From: a virus
Taxonomy: Duplodnaviria; Caudoviricetes
IMG/VR virus record: IMGVR_UViG_3300037465_000255
Coordinates: 1-34,223 of that record
Length of the DNA: 34,223 nucleotides
Reading direction: 5' to 3' (one strand)
Below the pieces are notes generated by a model. It made no database searches and had not been told where the DNA came from. It saw only the letters and a list, made by a program, of their open reading frames with translations. Made by a program: the position numbers and the translations under genes. Positions within the stretch are counted from its first letter, which is position 1, and the number at the start of each line of letters is the position of its first letter. Shown here one piece after another: positions 1 through 9,927 of this stretch.

Positions 1-2
1 TG

Positions 3-566
3 CGGTTCCAATGGCGTCAGGTCGAGCGGCGGCCGACGCTGGCCGCCGAGGTCGTCTCCTGCGACCGCGCCGAGTGGCGGCACTTCCGGGCATACCACTA
101 TATGTCGGCGGAGTTGGCCAACGCCTCTCGTTGCTACCTGCTCCTCGTCGCCGGCCAGCGCGCCGCCTTCGCCGCGGTGCTCAACTTTCCGCACCCCAAG
201 CGACACGACATCCGGCGCATTCACCGCGTCGTCACTCTGCCGGACTGGCAAGGCATCGGTTGCGGGCCGATCCTGATCGGCCGGCTCGCGGCCGCGGCCA
301 AGACGATCGGGCTGGAGATGCGGATTTCGACGAAGGCGGCCGCGTTCGCGGCGTCGCTGCGCCGCAGCGGCGATTGGCGCGAAGTGAGTCGCGGCGTCAT
401 CCATCGGGGAAATGCCGCGACGATGGGGAGGACCGGGACCGGGAGAATGGGCGGCTGCTTCGTCTCGACCTATCGCTGGATCGGAGCGCCGGCGAGCGCC
501 AGTGATGCCGCCATATTGTTCGGCGACTCGAAGAGGCGGAGCTTGCCGGCCATCGGCAGGGGGTGA
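3..566 (+). CDS. GNAT-family acetyltransferase domain, 5'-truncated (probably C-terminus of a phage ABC-ATPase/GNAT fusion)
   Basis: Frame is open from base 3 (RFQWRQVERRP...WRHFRAYHYMS); acetyl-CoA motif A RVVTLPDWQGIGCG. Confidence 0.75.
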   Translation, partial: RFQWRQVERRPTLAAEVVSCDRAEWRHFRAYHYMSAELANASRCYLLLVAGQRAAFAAVLNFPHPKRHDIRRIHRVVTLPDWQGIGCGPILIGRLAAAAKTIGLEMRISTKAAAFAASLRRSGDWREVSRGVIHRGNAATMGRTGTGRMGGCFVSTYRWIGAPASASDAAILFGDSKRRSLPAIGRG

Positions 567-877
567 GCGAGCAGCCACGGGTTGCGGAGCAGCCAACACC
601 ACGGGCCAAAGGCGAACCGCTCGTCGGCGACCTCCTCGACCGGGACGCAATCGATGATCTCCACGCCGCCGACGACCGCGCCGAACACCAGGCTGTCCTC
701 GTCGGGGGCCTCGGGGAAGAGCGGCTGACCGTAGATGCGCCTCATGTTCTTGCGCGTCTTGCCGGCGTGGATCAGGATCGGGCCGCGATAGCTCGTCGGC
801 CAGGACCGGTTCTCGATCCGCTTGACGCCCGCGACGATCGCCCACGCCCACGGCTGCTGTACGGTCAGAGTCTTCAC
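470..877 (-). CDS. ASCH domain protein
   Basis: LTVQQPWAWAIVAGVKRIENRSWPTSYRGPILIHAGK is the ASCH signature; GTG at 877 preceded by AAGGAG. Confidence 0.9.
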   Translation of the reverse strand: MKTLTVQQPWAWAIVAGVKRIENRSWPTSYRGPILIHAGKTRKNMRRIYGQPLFPEAPDEDSLVFGAVVGGVEIIDCVPVEEVADERFAFGPWCWLLRNPWLLAHPLPMAGKLRLFESPNNMAASLALAGAPIQR

Positions 878-957
878 GCCATAACTCCTTATTTGGTGCC
901 GACTTACACCAATCATTCTACCCTGCCCTCAAGGTCGCGTCCACGCGAAAACCGAAA

Positions 958-3222
958 ATGTCCGACGCCGAAAAACGCAAGAAAATCCTGGCTGAAATCC
1001 GGGAGCAGAAGCGCAAGCTGCGCGAAGCCGAGCGGATTGCCCGGGGAAAACCCGGGCAGGTCCCCGACGACGTGCGCGAAACCCAAGCGGAGATTTCGCG
1101 GCGAAAGTCGTCCCAGCGCCGCGAGATCGGCGCGGTGCCCCCGATCAAGAGCCCGCGCCGGCGCATGCGCTGCCGCAAGTCGCTGCGGCTCTTTTGCGAG
1201 ACGTACAACCCGGAAGCCTTCACGCTGGCCTGGTCCGAGGAACACTTGCGCGTGCTCGCGCGCATCGAGGAAGCGGCCACGCTCGGCGCGCTCTACGCGA
1301 TGGCCATGCCGCGCGGCTCGGGCAAGAGCACGATCTGCCGCATGGCCTCGTTGTGGATCCTCTCCTACGCGATCTGCCGGTACCTCTTCGTCATCGGGGC
1401 CAACGCGGACAAGGCCGAGGACACGCTGGCCACGCTGAAGACGCTCATCCGCTTCCTGCCCACCTACGCCGCCGACTTCCCCGAGATCGCGCACCCGGCG
1501 ATCGCCCTGGGCGGGATCGCCAACCGGGCCAGCGGGCAGACGTGCCAGGGGCATTCGACGCTGATCGAGTGGGCCGGCGACCGCCTGGTCCTGCCCACGG
1601 TGCCGCCGCCGGCGAACTGGACGAAGGCCTGCTCGGCGCGGCCCTTGCGTGCCGATGGCATGGCGCCGACGTCCGGCCTGGTCGTCAGCACGTCGGGCCT
1701 GACCGGCGACGGCATCCGCGGCTCGCTGCTGACGCTCTCGACCGGCGAGCTGCTCCGCCCCGACTTCGTGTTGCTCGACGATCCGCAGACCAACGAGTCG
1801 GCCCACTCGAAGACGCAGAACGCCACCCGCGAGCAGCTCGTCGCCGCGGATGTGCTCGGCATGGCCGGCCCCGACCGGGCGATCGCCGCGGTGATGCCGT
1901 GCACGGTGATCGCCAAGGGAGACTTCGTTGACCGGATCCTCGACCGGCAGAAGCATCCGCTCTGGCGCGGCGAGCGCATGCGCCTGCTCCGGACGATGCC
2001 GGCGAACCTGCGCGCCTGGTCGGATTACTTCGAGGTGTACACGGCCTGCGCCCAGCTCGAGCCCCCGGACTTCACCGAATCGAACCGGTACTACGTGGAG
2101 CGCCGGGCGGTCCTCGACGAGGGCGCCGTGGCGAGCTGGCCGGAGCGCAAGCTCGATACGGAAGTGTCGGCGATCCAGCACGCGATGCATCTCTATTGCC
2201 GCGACCAGGCCGCGTTCTGGTCGGAGTACCAAAACGATCCGATCGACGAGCAGTCGGCCGCGGTGTCCAAGAAACTGGACGCCGATCAGGTCAAGCGGCG
2301 GGTCAACCACATCCCCCGCCTGGTCGTGCCGCGAGAGAGCACGCGGCTGGTCGCGTTCATCGACTGCGGCCTGGACCTGCTCTGGTACGCGATTGCCGGG
2401 CTCGACGAGCGTTTCTCCGGCGGCCTCGTCGATTACGGCTGGTGGCCGGCGCAGCCCAAGGAGTACTTCGCCAAGACCAACCCGCCGGTCACTCTCGGGG
2501 ATCTCTACCCGAATCACGACAAGGACCAGCTCCTGTACGCGGCGCTGCGCGATCTCACGGCGACGATCCTCGGGCGGAGCTACGTTCGGCATCAGGCCGA
2601 CGACCAGGTCAAGGTCGATCGCTGCCTCGTCGACGAAGGCTGGAACGACAAGGTCGTCTATCAGTTCTGCCGCGAGAGCCCGTTCGCGTCGATCCTGATG
2701 CCGAGCAAAGGCCACGTGCCCAAGTCGCTCGGACACACGCCGATGGCGCGGTGGGCGGCGCGGGCGGGCGAGCGAGCGGCCAAGCCCGGGCAGCCGTCGT
2801 GGCGCGTGGGGCCCGTTGGCAGCGGCAAGGGCCGGCACACGATCTTCGAAGCCAACGAGTGGAAGAGCTTCACCGCGGAGCGGCTGACGACCAGGCCGGG
2901 CGGCTCCGGCTGCCTGCAGCTCTTCGGCGACGAATCGACGAATCACGCCATGTTCGCGGATCACTGCACCGCGGAGTTCGCCACGGCAGTGACCGTGGAC
3001 GGCCGGCGGCATGAGCGCTGGCAAATGAAGGCGACCCGCGACGACAACGATCTGTGGGACTGCGCCGTCGGCTGCATGGTCGCCGCGGCGATCGGCGGCT
3101 TGGAATGGTCGGCGGACAAGGCAAAGGCGGCTGCGCCTCCGAAACCGGCAGAGGAGGATGTGCCGTGGAGCGAGCTGCAGCGGCGGCAGAATCAAGCCGG
3201 GGGAAGATCGAGCCGGCAATGA
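958..3222 (+). CDS. terL: Terminase large subunit (GpA-like)
   Basis: Walker A AMPRGSGKST, Walker B-like VLLDDPQ, nuclease motifs FIDCG and NDLWDC; upstream of portal. Confidence 0.9.
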   Translation: MSDAEKRKKILAEIREQKRKLREAERIARGKPGQVPDDVRETQAEISRRKSSQRREIGAVPPIKSPRRRMRCRKSLRLFCETYNPEAFTLAWSEEHLRVLARIEEAATLGALYAMAMPRGSGKSTICRMASLWILSYAICRYLFVIGANADKAEDTLATLKTLIRFLPTYAADFPEIAHPAIALGGIANRASGQTCQGHSTLIEWAGDRLVLPTVPPPANWTKACSARPLRADGMAPTSGLVVSTSGLTGDGIRGSLLTLSTGELLRPDFVLLDDPQTNESAHSKTQNATREQLVAADVLGMAGPDRAIAAVMPCTVIAKGDFVDRILDRQKHPLWRGERMRLLRTMPANLRAWSDYFEVYTACAQLEPPDFTESNRYYVERRAVLDEGAVASWPERKLDTEVSAIQHAMHLYCRDQAAFWSEYQNDPIDEQSAAVSKKLDADQVKRRVNHIPRLVVPRESTRLVAFIDCGLDLLWYAIAGLDERFSGGLVDYGWWPAQPKEYFAKTNPPVTLGDLYPNHDKDQLLYAALRDLTATILGRSYVRHQADDQVKVDRCLVDEGWNDKVVYQFCRESPFASILMPSKGHVPKSLGHTPMARWAARAGERAAKPGQPSWRVGPVGSGKGRHTIFEANEWKSFTAERLTTRPGGSGCLQLFGDESTNHAMFADHCTAEFATAVTVDGRRHERWQMKATRDDNDLWDCAVGCMVAAAIGGLEWSADKAKAAAPPKPAEEDVPWSELQRRQNQAGGRSSRQ

Positions 3223-3229
3223 GCGAAAC

Positions 3230-3250
3230 TTCGTCCAGGCCCTGGACGAA
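3230..3250. promoter_or_regulatory. 21-bp perfect palindrome TTCGTCCAGG-C-CCTGGACGAA, copy 1
   Basis: 10-bp arms with 1-nt spacer just after the terL stop; identical copy at 17391-17411. Confidence 0.6.
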
Positions 3251-3352
3251 CTTACCCTCAGCACGCCCCCATCTTTCGCGACGGCCGCGGCCTGCCGTTA
3301 CAGTGACTATTGACTAGCGACTCGCACTCGCAGGCCGCAGAAAACTTGCACT

Positions 3353-3574
3353 ATGCCGGACCTCTCGGAACAGATCGAAGACGCCGCCAATGGCTTCGCG
3401 CAGGTCAGCACCTCCGCCGGCTCGGCGCAGGCCGTGTCGATTCCCGACCTGATCGCCGCCGACAACCACTTAGCGGCGAAGGAAGCGCTCGGCGAAACCA
3501 ACGACGACGGCGGCCCGGTGTCGCTCTGGTCCAAGCTTAGGCCGGCCGTCCCCCGATTTAAGAAACCCACCTGA
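3353..3574 (+). CDS. Head completion / gpW-like protein
   Basis: 73 aa between terminase and portal; TGATG coupling to portal; IPDLIAADNHLAAK motif. Confidence 0.65.
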   Translation: MPDLSEQIEDAANGFAQVSTSAGSAQAVSIPDLIAADNHLAAKEALGETNDDGGPVSLWSKLRPAVPRFKKPT

Positions 3575-5049
3575 TGCGTCCTTTCCGCTGGATCGCTCGG
3601 CAATTCTCGCGCGGCAAACCAGCCGCGCCCGATCGCCGCCGCGCCAACCAGCAAGAGACCGCCGACACCACCCGCGAAAACCGCGACCATTGGAAAGACG
3701 CCGACGACACCACAAACGCGCAGATCACCCCGGCGCGCCGTCAGACCCTTCGCCAGCGCGCCAAGTACGAGGCAATCAACAACTGCTACGTGCAAGGCCT
3801 GGTGCGCACGCTCGTGCGCGACACGATTGGCATGGGCCCGCGGCTGCAGATGCTGACCGACGACGGCGCCCTCAACGAAGGCGTCGAGGACCTCTGGCGG
3901 CTCTGGTCGGCGGCGACCGACATGCCGCTCAAGTTCCGCGTCATGGCCGGCACGAACGTCGTCGCCGGCGAGTGCATGGCCGTCTATTACAACTCGGCCA
4001 AGCTGACGCGCATGGGCCTGCCGGTCACCCTGAACGTCCGACTCATCGATCCGGCCCAGATCACCGACGGCATCCTCAAGGCTCTGAGCAGAACGACCGG
4101 CGACGACGGCATCGACGTCGACGCCGAAGGCGAGCCGGCCTTCTACTACGTCCTCAGGCAGCACCCCGGCGACGCTTTGGTCTGGAACCTCGATCCCGAC
4201 CGCCAGCCGGCGGAAAACGTGCTGCACTGGTTCCGCCCCGATGCGCCCGGCCAGCTCCGCGGCGTAACGCCGCTGGCGCCCGCGCTCGACATCTTCGCCC
4301 AGCTCCGCCGTATCACGCGGGCCACGCTCACCGCGACCGAGTTCGCCGCGTCGATCGCCGGCGTGCTCGAATCTGATTTGCCGGTCGGCGCCGATTCGCC
4401 GGTCACCGCCAAGCAGTACTTCCAGGCGATCGACGTTGTCCGCGGCATGCTGCTGACGCTGCCCTCAGGCGTGAAGGCCAAGGGCTTCGACAGTCCGCAT
4501 CCGAACACTCAGTTCGAAATGTTCGTCAACCTGAAGTTGCGCGAGGCGGGCCGCATGCTGAACATCCCGTTCGGCAAGATGACTGGCGATCACTCGCGCT
4601 ACAACTACTCGTCGGGTCGGATGGACGACGCCCCATATTGGGGCGATCGCGACGTCGAGCGCCAGGAGTTCGAAGTCCGCGTCGTCGATCCGATCTTCTA
4701 TCGCTTCTGCGACTTCGCCCGCTTTGCGTTGCCGGCGCTGGCCGCGTTCAAGGGCAAGTTCTGGGAGCTCAAGCATGCCTGGCATTACGACGCCCGGCCC
4801 TCCGCCGATCCGGTCAAGGACGCGACCGGCGACGAACTCAACCTGACCAACTGCTCCGACGACTTGCACGGCATCGCCGCCCGCGACGGCACGACCGCCG
4901 AGGCCCTGATCAAGCAGCGCCGGCGCACGCTCGACTTGTTCGCCAAGTACAACGTGCCGCCGCCGCCGTGGGCGAGCGGGGCGCAGGCGCCTGCACGGCC
5001 GCAGCCCGGCGAGCCTACACCTCTGACCCAGGAGCCGGCCAATGCCTGA
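3574..5049 (+). CDS. Phage portal protein, lambda family
   Basis: 491 aa; LRQRAKYEAINN, VLHWFRPDAPGQLRGVTPLAP and GDHSRYNYSSGR motifs. Confidence 0.93.
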   Translation: MRPFRWIARQFSRGKPAAPDRRRANQQETADTTRENRDHWKDADDTTNAQITPARRQTLRQRAKYEAINNCYVQGLVRTLVRDTIGMGPRLQMLTDDGALNEGVEDLWRLWSAATDMPLKFRVMAGTNVVAGECMAVYYNSAKLTRMGLPVTLNVRLIDPAQITDGILKALSRTTGDDGIDVDAEGEPAFYYVLRQHPGDALVWNLDPDRQPAENVLHWFRPDAPGQLRGVTPLAPALDIFAQLRRITRATLTATEFAASIAGVLESDLPVGADSPVTAKQYFQAIDVVRGMLLTLPSGVKAKGFDSPHPNTQFEMFVNLKLREAGRMLNIPFGKMTGDHSRYNYSSGRMDDAPYWGDRDVERQEFEVRVVDPIFYRFCDFARFALPALAAFKGKFWELKHAWHYDARPSADPVKDATGDELNLTNCSDDLHGIAARDGTTAEALIKQRRRTLDLFAKYNVPPPPWASGAQAPARPQPGEPTPLTQEPANA

Positions 5050-7429
5050 TCTCCTGCGGATCCAGGTCCCGCACTTCGCCCGGCTGCCGGACTACGCCGG
5101 CGTCTGGGCGATCGAGCCGACCGCCGGCTCGGCGATGCTCGAACGCTACCAGCGCACGGACCTCAAGCGGCACATCGACGAGACGCCGGCGCCGAAGCGG
5201 CAGAGCGATGCCGGGATCCTGACGGCCGGCAGCAACCAGAAGATCGGCGTGGTCATGCTCGCCGGCCCGCTCATGAAGTCGGTCGGCTCGCTCGACGAGG
5301 GCACGTCTACCGTCCAGGCCCGCCGCGATCTGCGCCGGCTGGCTGCCGATCCTGAAGTCGGCGCCATCTTGCTCGCGATCGACAGCCCGGGCGGCACGGT
5401 CGCCGGCACGGCGTCGCTCGCCGAGGACATCCGCAACGCCCGCAAGCAGAAGCCGGTCTGGGCGTTCGGCGACGACCTGATGGCCTCCGCCGCCTACTGG
5501 CTCGGCAGCCAGGCCGAGAAGGTTTTCGCCAATGACCGCACGGCAATGGTCGGCTCGATCGGCACGCTCGCGGTCGTTTACGACTATTCGCAGGCCGCGG
5601 AGAAGGAAGGCATCCGCACGATCGTGATCGGCACCGGCCCGCTCAAGGGCGCCGGCGCCTTGGGCGCCGAGGTCAACGAGGACCATGTCGCTTACTTCCG
5701 CGGCCTGGTCGAGGACGCTCAGGTGAGTTTCGACGCGGCCGTCAAAAAGGGCCGCGGCCTCTCCGACAAGCAGCTCGCGGACGCCAAGACCGGCGGCGTG
5801 TTCGGCGCGACCGAGGCACTCGATCGCGGCCTGATCGACGGGATCAAGAGTTTCGACGCTGTCGTATCCGAGCTGGCCGCCGAGGCCCGCCGGCGATCGC
5901 GGGAAAGCAAAGACCGGGCGCAAAGCTCGGCGCCACGGAGAACGCAAATGGAAGAGACCATCCTGACGACCGTCGAAACGGGCCTGTCGGCGGACGACGT
6001 GCAGAAGGCGATCGACGACGCACTGGCCAAGAGCCGCCAGGCCGCCGCCGCCGAGCTCGACCGCCAGGCGGCGATCGCCAAGCACTGCGGCGACAACAAG
6101 GAACTCGCCGCCAAGGCCGTCCGCGAAAACTGGAGCGCCGACAAGACCGAGCTCGAAAGCATGAAGGCCCGGCTCGCCAACGGCGTCCAGGCGTTCAATC
6201 CGGCCATCATCGTCAACGGGCACGAAAAGAATTGCACGCTCGACGCGCTCCAGGGCGCCATGATCCTCCGCTCCGGCGGCAAGCTCGACGACCCATGCTA
6301 TCAAGGGCTCGCCGCCGTCGCCCTCAAGCTCCCGGCCACACTCCGCGCCGGGCTCAACGCCGAGACGCGGCAGCGGATGATGGAACACGCGCACCGCTTC
6401 GCGAACATGTCGCTCTTCGACATCTGCCGCGAAGCTCTGCGCTTGGACGGCAAGCCGCTGCCGGACAGCAAGAGCGACCTCATCCGCGCCTCCTTCTCCA
6501 GCGGCGCGCTCAACGACATCTTCACGACCAGCGTCAACGCCCGACTCTTGTCGAGCTACATGTCGTCGGGCGACACCACCACCGGCTGGACCTCCAGCGT
6601 GGACGTTGCCGATTTCAAAACCCAGGAACGGCCGCGGATCAACGTCGGCCCCGGCCTCACCGTCCACCCGCGCGGCAGCACAGCCGAGCACGCCGACTAC
6701 GCCGACGTCGTCGAGAGCTACAAGATCCGCCGCTTCTCGCGGAAATTCGTCGTCGACGAGCAGGACATCATCGACGACTCGATGCAGGCGTTTTCGGACA
6801 CGCCGAAGCGCTTCGGCGAGGCGGCCGCGTGGCTGCGCCCGGACCTGGTCTACTACATCCTGCTCGCCAACGCCGCGCTCGGCGCGACCAGTCTGCCGCT
6901 CTTTCACGCCGACCAGGACCAGGGCACCAACGGCGGCAACCTCGACGCCTCGAGCGCGCTTAGCTCAGCCACGCTGCAAGCCGGCATCTCGGCGATGAGC
7001 TTGTGGCGCGAGAACAGCCGCAACCTCAATATCCGCGCCACGCATTTGCTCGTGCCGCCGTCGCTGATCTGGACCGCCCGCGAGCTGCTCGAGTCAGCCG
7101 AGCTGCTCTTCGGCGGCGACGACGAGACGCGCCGCGGCAACAAGAACGTGCTGCAGGGCATGGTCAGTCCGGTGAGCGACGCCCGGCTGGAAAACGGCGT
7201 TACCGATCCGGTGAGCGGCACCGCCGGCTCCGGCTCGGCGACGAGCTGGTACCTGGCCAGCGCCAACGCGCACACGATCGAAGTCGCCTACCGCTCCGGC
7301 ACCGGCCGCGCGCCGCAGGTGCGGACGTTCGTCCTGACCGAGGGCGAGTGGGGCATGGGCTGGGACATCAATTTGGACATCGGGGCCAAGGCCCTCGACT
7401 GGAAGGGCCTCTACAAGGCCACCGCGTAA
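5042..7429 (+). CDS. S49 head maturation protease fused to major capsid protein
   Basis: N-terminal LAIDSPGG, MASAAYWLGS and VGSIGT S49 motifs; C-terminal capsid-like region (VADFK, QDIIDD, LLVPPSL, DWKGLYK). Confidence 0.88.
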   Translation: MPDLLRIQVPHFARLPDYAGVWAIEPTAGSAMLERYQRTDLKRHIDETPAPKRQSDAGILTAGSNQKIGVVMLAGPLMKSVGSLDEGTSTVQARRDLRRLAADPEVGAILLAIDSPGGTVAGTASLAEDIRNARKQKPVWAFGDDLMASAAYWLGSQAEKVFANDRTAMVGSIGTLAVVYDYSQAAEKEGIRTIVIGTGPLKGAGALGAEVNEDHVAYFRGLVEDAQVSFDAAVKKGRGLSDKQLADAKTGGVFGATEALDRGLIDGIKSFDAVVSELAAEARRRSRESKDRAQSSAPRRTQMEETILTTVETGLSADDVQKAIDDALAKSRQAAAAELDRQAAIAKHCGDNKELAAKAVRENWSADKTELESMKARLANGVQAFNPAIIVNGHEKNCTLDALQGAMILRSGGKLDDPCYQGLAAVALKLPATLRAGLNAETRQRMMEHAHRFANMSLFDICREALRLDGKPLPDSKSDLIRASFSSGALNDIFTTSVNARLLSSYMSSGDTTTGWTSSVDVADFKTQERPRINVGPGLTVHPRGSTAEHADYADVVESYKIRRFSRKFVVDEQDIIDDSMQAFSDTPKRFGEAAAWLRPDLVYYILLANAALGATSLPLFHADQDQGTNGGNLDASSALSSATLQAGISAMSLWRENSRNLNIRATHLLVPPSLIWTARELLESAELLFGGDDETRRGNKNVLQGMVSPVSDARLENGVTDPVSGTAGSGSATSWYLASANAHTIEVAYRSGTGRAPQVRTFVLTEGEWGMGWDINLDIGAKALDWKGLYKATA

Positions 7430-7490
7430 ACGCCGCCGGCGGCTTCGCGGCCGCGCCGGTTTCGATCGACGATCGACGGAGACTTTGGCC

Positions 7491-7769
7491 ATGAAATACA
7501 TCCGCTTCTGCCGCACGGTGCTCGTCCCGGACGCCCGCGTCCGCATCGAGTCGGCCGGCAAACGCGGCGCGATCTGGGGCCCGCGGACGTTCGCCGCAGA
7601 ATCGATCGTGCCGATCGAGGAAATCCATCCCGGCTGCCTCGACTCGCTCTTACGCGTCGGCCACGCCGTCGGGCTCACCGACGCCGAGGCCGCCGCCTAC
7701 GAGGCGGAGCGGAAGGCGACGCGGAAGGACCAAGCACCTGCACCTCCGGCCAAGCCGGAGGAGAAGTAA
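7491..7769 (+). CDS. Hypothetical protein (head-associated position)
   Basis: GGAG RBS, 92 aa, directly after capsid gene. Confidence 0.6.
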   Translation: MKYIRFCRTVLVPDARVRIESAGKRGAIWGPRTFAAESIVPIEEIHPGCLDSLLRVGHAVGLTDAEAAAYEAERKATRKDQAPAPPAKPEEK

Positions 7770-7866
7770 CGGCCGGGGGCCGGCCTTCGCGCCGGCCACC
7801 GATCACCAGGCCCGAACCGGGAGTAGCTACCCGGCAGACGGCAACACACGTCACAAGCCTCGTGTT

Positions 7867-7902
7867 GGGGGCTGGTGCGAGAGCACGGCCCCCGGCTTTT
7901 TT
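7867..7902 (+). terminator. Putative intrinsic terminator/attenuator hairpin
   Basis: GGGGGCTGGTGC-GAGA-GCACGGCCCCC stem with GNRA loop followed by GGCTTTTTT. Confidence 0.55.
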
Positions 7903-7918
7903 CACGAGGTAGACGACC

Positions 7919-8881
7919 ATGTCCGACGCACTCATGCTCCGCGACCGCCACGACCAGCGGCTGGTCGCCGCCGCGGCCGTCGCCGCCGGCGAGATCTATC
8001 AGCTCAACGACGGCCGGGCCGCGGTGTACGTCGGCCAGAACGCGGCCGCCGCCAACGATCCGACGGCGTGGACCACCGAGGGCCAGTTCACGGTCACCAA
8101 GGCCGCGTCGCAGGTCTGGCTCGACGGCGCGCCGATCTGGTGGGACCACTCGGCCAACGCCGCCACGTGCGTGCCGCCGCTCGTCGCCGGCGACCGCGAC
8201 TTCTTCTTGGGCTGCGCCGTCGGCGACGTCGTCGCGGCGACAACCACCGGCGTCGTCAATCTCAACGTCGAGCCGCACTACGAGATCGACATGCACGTCG
8301 ACGGCGGCGACACGGCCGTCGTCCTCACCGCCGGCACGCCCTACGCCTACAACCGCGGCGGCAGCCTCGAATTCGGCTTCAGCGCCACGGCCGAGGCCCA
8401 GAAGCTCGACTGGCTCAGCAAGCGATCGTTCGTCCTCGGCGCCAACTGGATCGCCGAATTCGTCGTCGAAGTGGTCACCAACGCGGACGCCGACGTCGCC
8501 GACCTCAACGTCGGCGTCGCCAACGCGACGCACGCATCCGACGCGGACTCGATCACCGAAAGCGCCTTCTTCCACTTCGACATGGGCGCCGACCTCAACA
8601 TCGACGCCGAGTCGGACGACGGCACGACCGAAGTGGCGGCGACCGACACGACCGACGACTGGGCGGTCGGCACGCCGGTTCACCTGGTGATCGACGGCCG
8701 CGATCCGACCGACCTGCACTTTTACGTGAACGGCGTGGAGCGCCTCGCGGCGACGGCGTTCAACATCAGCGCGGCCACCGGCCCGCTCAAACTGCTGCTC
8801 CACCTGGAGAAGTCGTCGAACGACTCGCCGGGCGTGGTGCAGATCGACATGGCCCGCGTCCGCATGGCGCAGCAGGATTGA
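7919..8881 (+). CDS. DUF2190-like capsid cement/decoration protein with C-terminal beta-rich domain, paralog 1
   Basis: N-terminal AAVAAGEIYQL...TEGQFTVTK...IWWD pattern; position after capsid; aligns with 8947-9924. Confidence 0.7.
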   Translation: MSDALMLRDRHDQRLVAAAAVAAGEIYQLNDGRAAVYVGQNAAAANDPTAWTTEGQFTVTKAASQVWLDGAPIWWDHSANAATCVPPLVAGDRDFFLGCAVGDVVAATTTGVVNLNVEPHYEIDMHVDGGDTAVVLTAGTPYAYNRGGSLEFGFSATAEAQKLDWLSKRSFVLGANWIAEFVVEVVTNADADVADLNVGVANATHASDADSITESAFFHFDMGADLNIDAESDDGTTEVAATDTTDDWAVGTPVHLVIDGRDPTDLHFYVNGVERLAATAFNISAATGPLKLLLHLEKSSNDSPGVVQIDMARVRMAQQD

Positions 8882-8946
8882 GTGACGTGACGGGCCGGGG
8901 AACAGACGCCTGCTCCTTCGATGGATGAAACGACTCGGGACTCGCC

Positions 8947-9924
8947 ATGGCGGAAGCCACCTATCTCCGGGACGACGATCGCTTCGAGCTGGCCGCCGAG
9001 GCCTCGCTGTCGGCCGGCCAGGTCGTCCAGGTGCCGTCCGGCGAGGCGGCGTTCCTCGACCAGAAGACGGCCGTCTCGACCGGCGCGCGCACCGACCAGC
9101 TCCGCACCCGCGGCAAGGCGACGCTCGCCGCCGCGACCGGCGTCGTCCTGCTCGCCGGCCAGGAAGCGTACTGGGACCATTCGGCCAACAACGTTACCTT
9201 CGAGAAGGTCAACGACCGCGACTTCTTCGTCGGCATCGTCATTGCCGACAAGCCCAGCGCGCAGACCTGGGTCTACGTCGATCTCAACAAACGGCAGCAC
9301 TACGCGATCGACCTGGCCCGCGACTGGTTCGACACGGCCACGGTCGGCACGCACGCCGCCGGGGCGAGCGGCTTCTCCGATCCCAAGCCGCGCGGCGGCG
9401 GCTACAAGCTCTTGCTGTCGAGCACCAACGAAGCCCAGAAGCTCGACCTGTTCAGCCGCGACCGCTTCGCCGTCGCGGCCAACTGGATCGCCGAATTCGT
9501 CTTCACGCCGGTATCGGTCGGCGCGGGCACAGCGCCCGACTTCGACATCGGCGTGGCGGTCGCGACCGACTCGGACAACTTCGACGACATCGCCGAGTTC
9601 GTGTCCGTCCACCTCGACGGCAACGCGAGCGATTTATTCGCGCAGTCGGACGACGGCACGACCGACGTTGCCCTGGTGGACACCACGGTCAACGTGACGG
9701 CCGGCAGCGCGGTCGCCAACCGGGTGCACGTGCTCATCGACGGGCGCAACCCGGCGGACGTGCAGATCTACGTCAACGGCGCCCTGGTCCTCGACGCGAC
9801 CACGTTCACGCTGGCCGCGGCGACCGGACCTCTGGGCTTGATCGCGCACCTGGAAAAGTCCGCTGCCGCCGACACGTTCGAGGTGGACGTCGAGACGGCG
9901 CGGTGCTGGCTTGCGGAGCAGTGA
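8947..9924 (+). CDS. DUF2190-like capsid cement/decoration protein, paralog 2
   Basis: Shares WDHSAN, DRDFF, EAQKLD, ANWIAEFV, SDDGTT, IDGR and HLEKS blocks with paralog 1. Confidence 0.7.
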   Translation: MAEATYLRDDDRFELAAEASLSAGQVVQVPSGEAAFLDQKTAVSTGARTDQLRTRGKATLAAATGVVLLAGQEAYWDHSANNVTFEKVNDRDFFVGIVIADKPSAQTWVYVDLNKRQHYAIDLARDWFDTATVGTHAAGASGFSDPKPRGGGYKLLLSSTNEAQKLDLFSRDRFAVAANWIAEFVFTPVSVGAGTAPDFDIGVAVATDSDNFDDIAEFVSVHLDGNASDLFAQSDDGTTDVALVDTTVNVTAGSAVANRVHVLIDGRNPADVQIYVNGALVLDATTFTLAAATGPLGLIAHLEKSAAADTFEVDVETARCWLAEQ

Positions 9925-9927
9925 TCG

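Noticed and set aside
7817-7866. yybP-ykoY riboswitch because of GGGAGTAGC
   Set aside because: Other consensus elements not evident and context is virion genes; kept only as an unnamed structured leader
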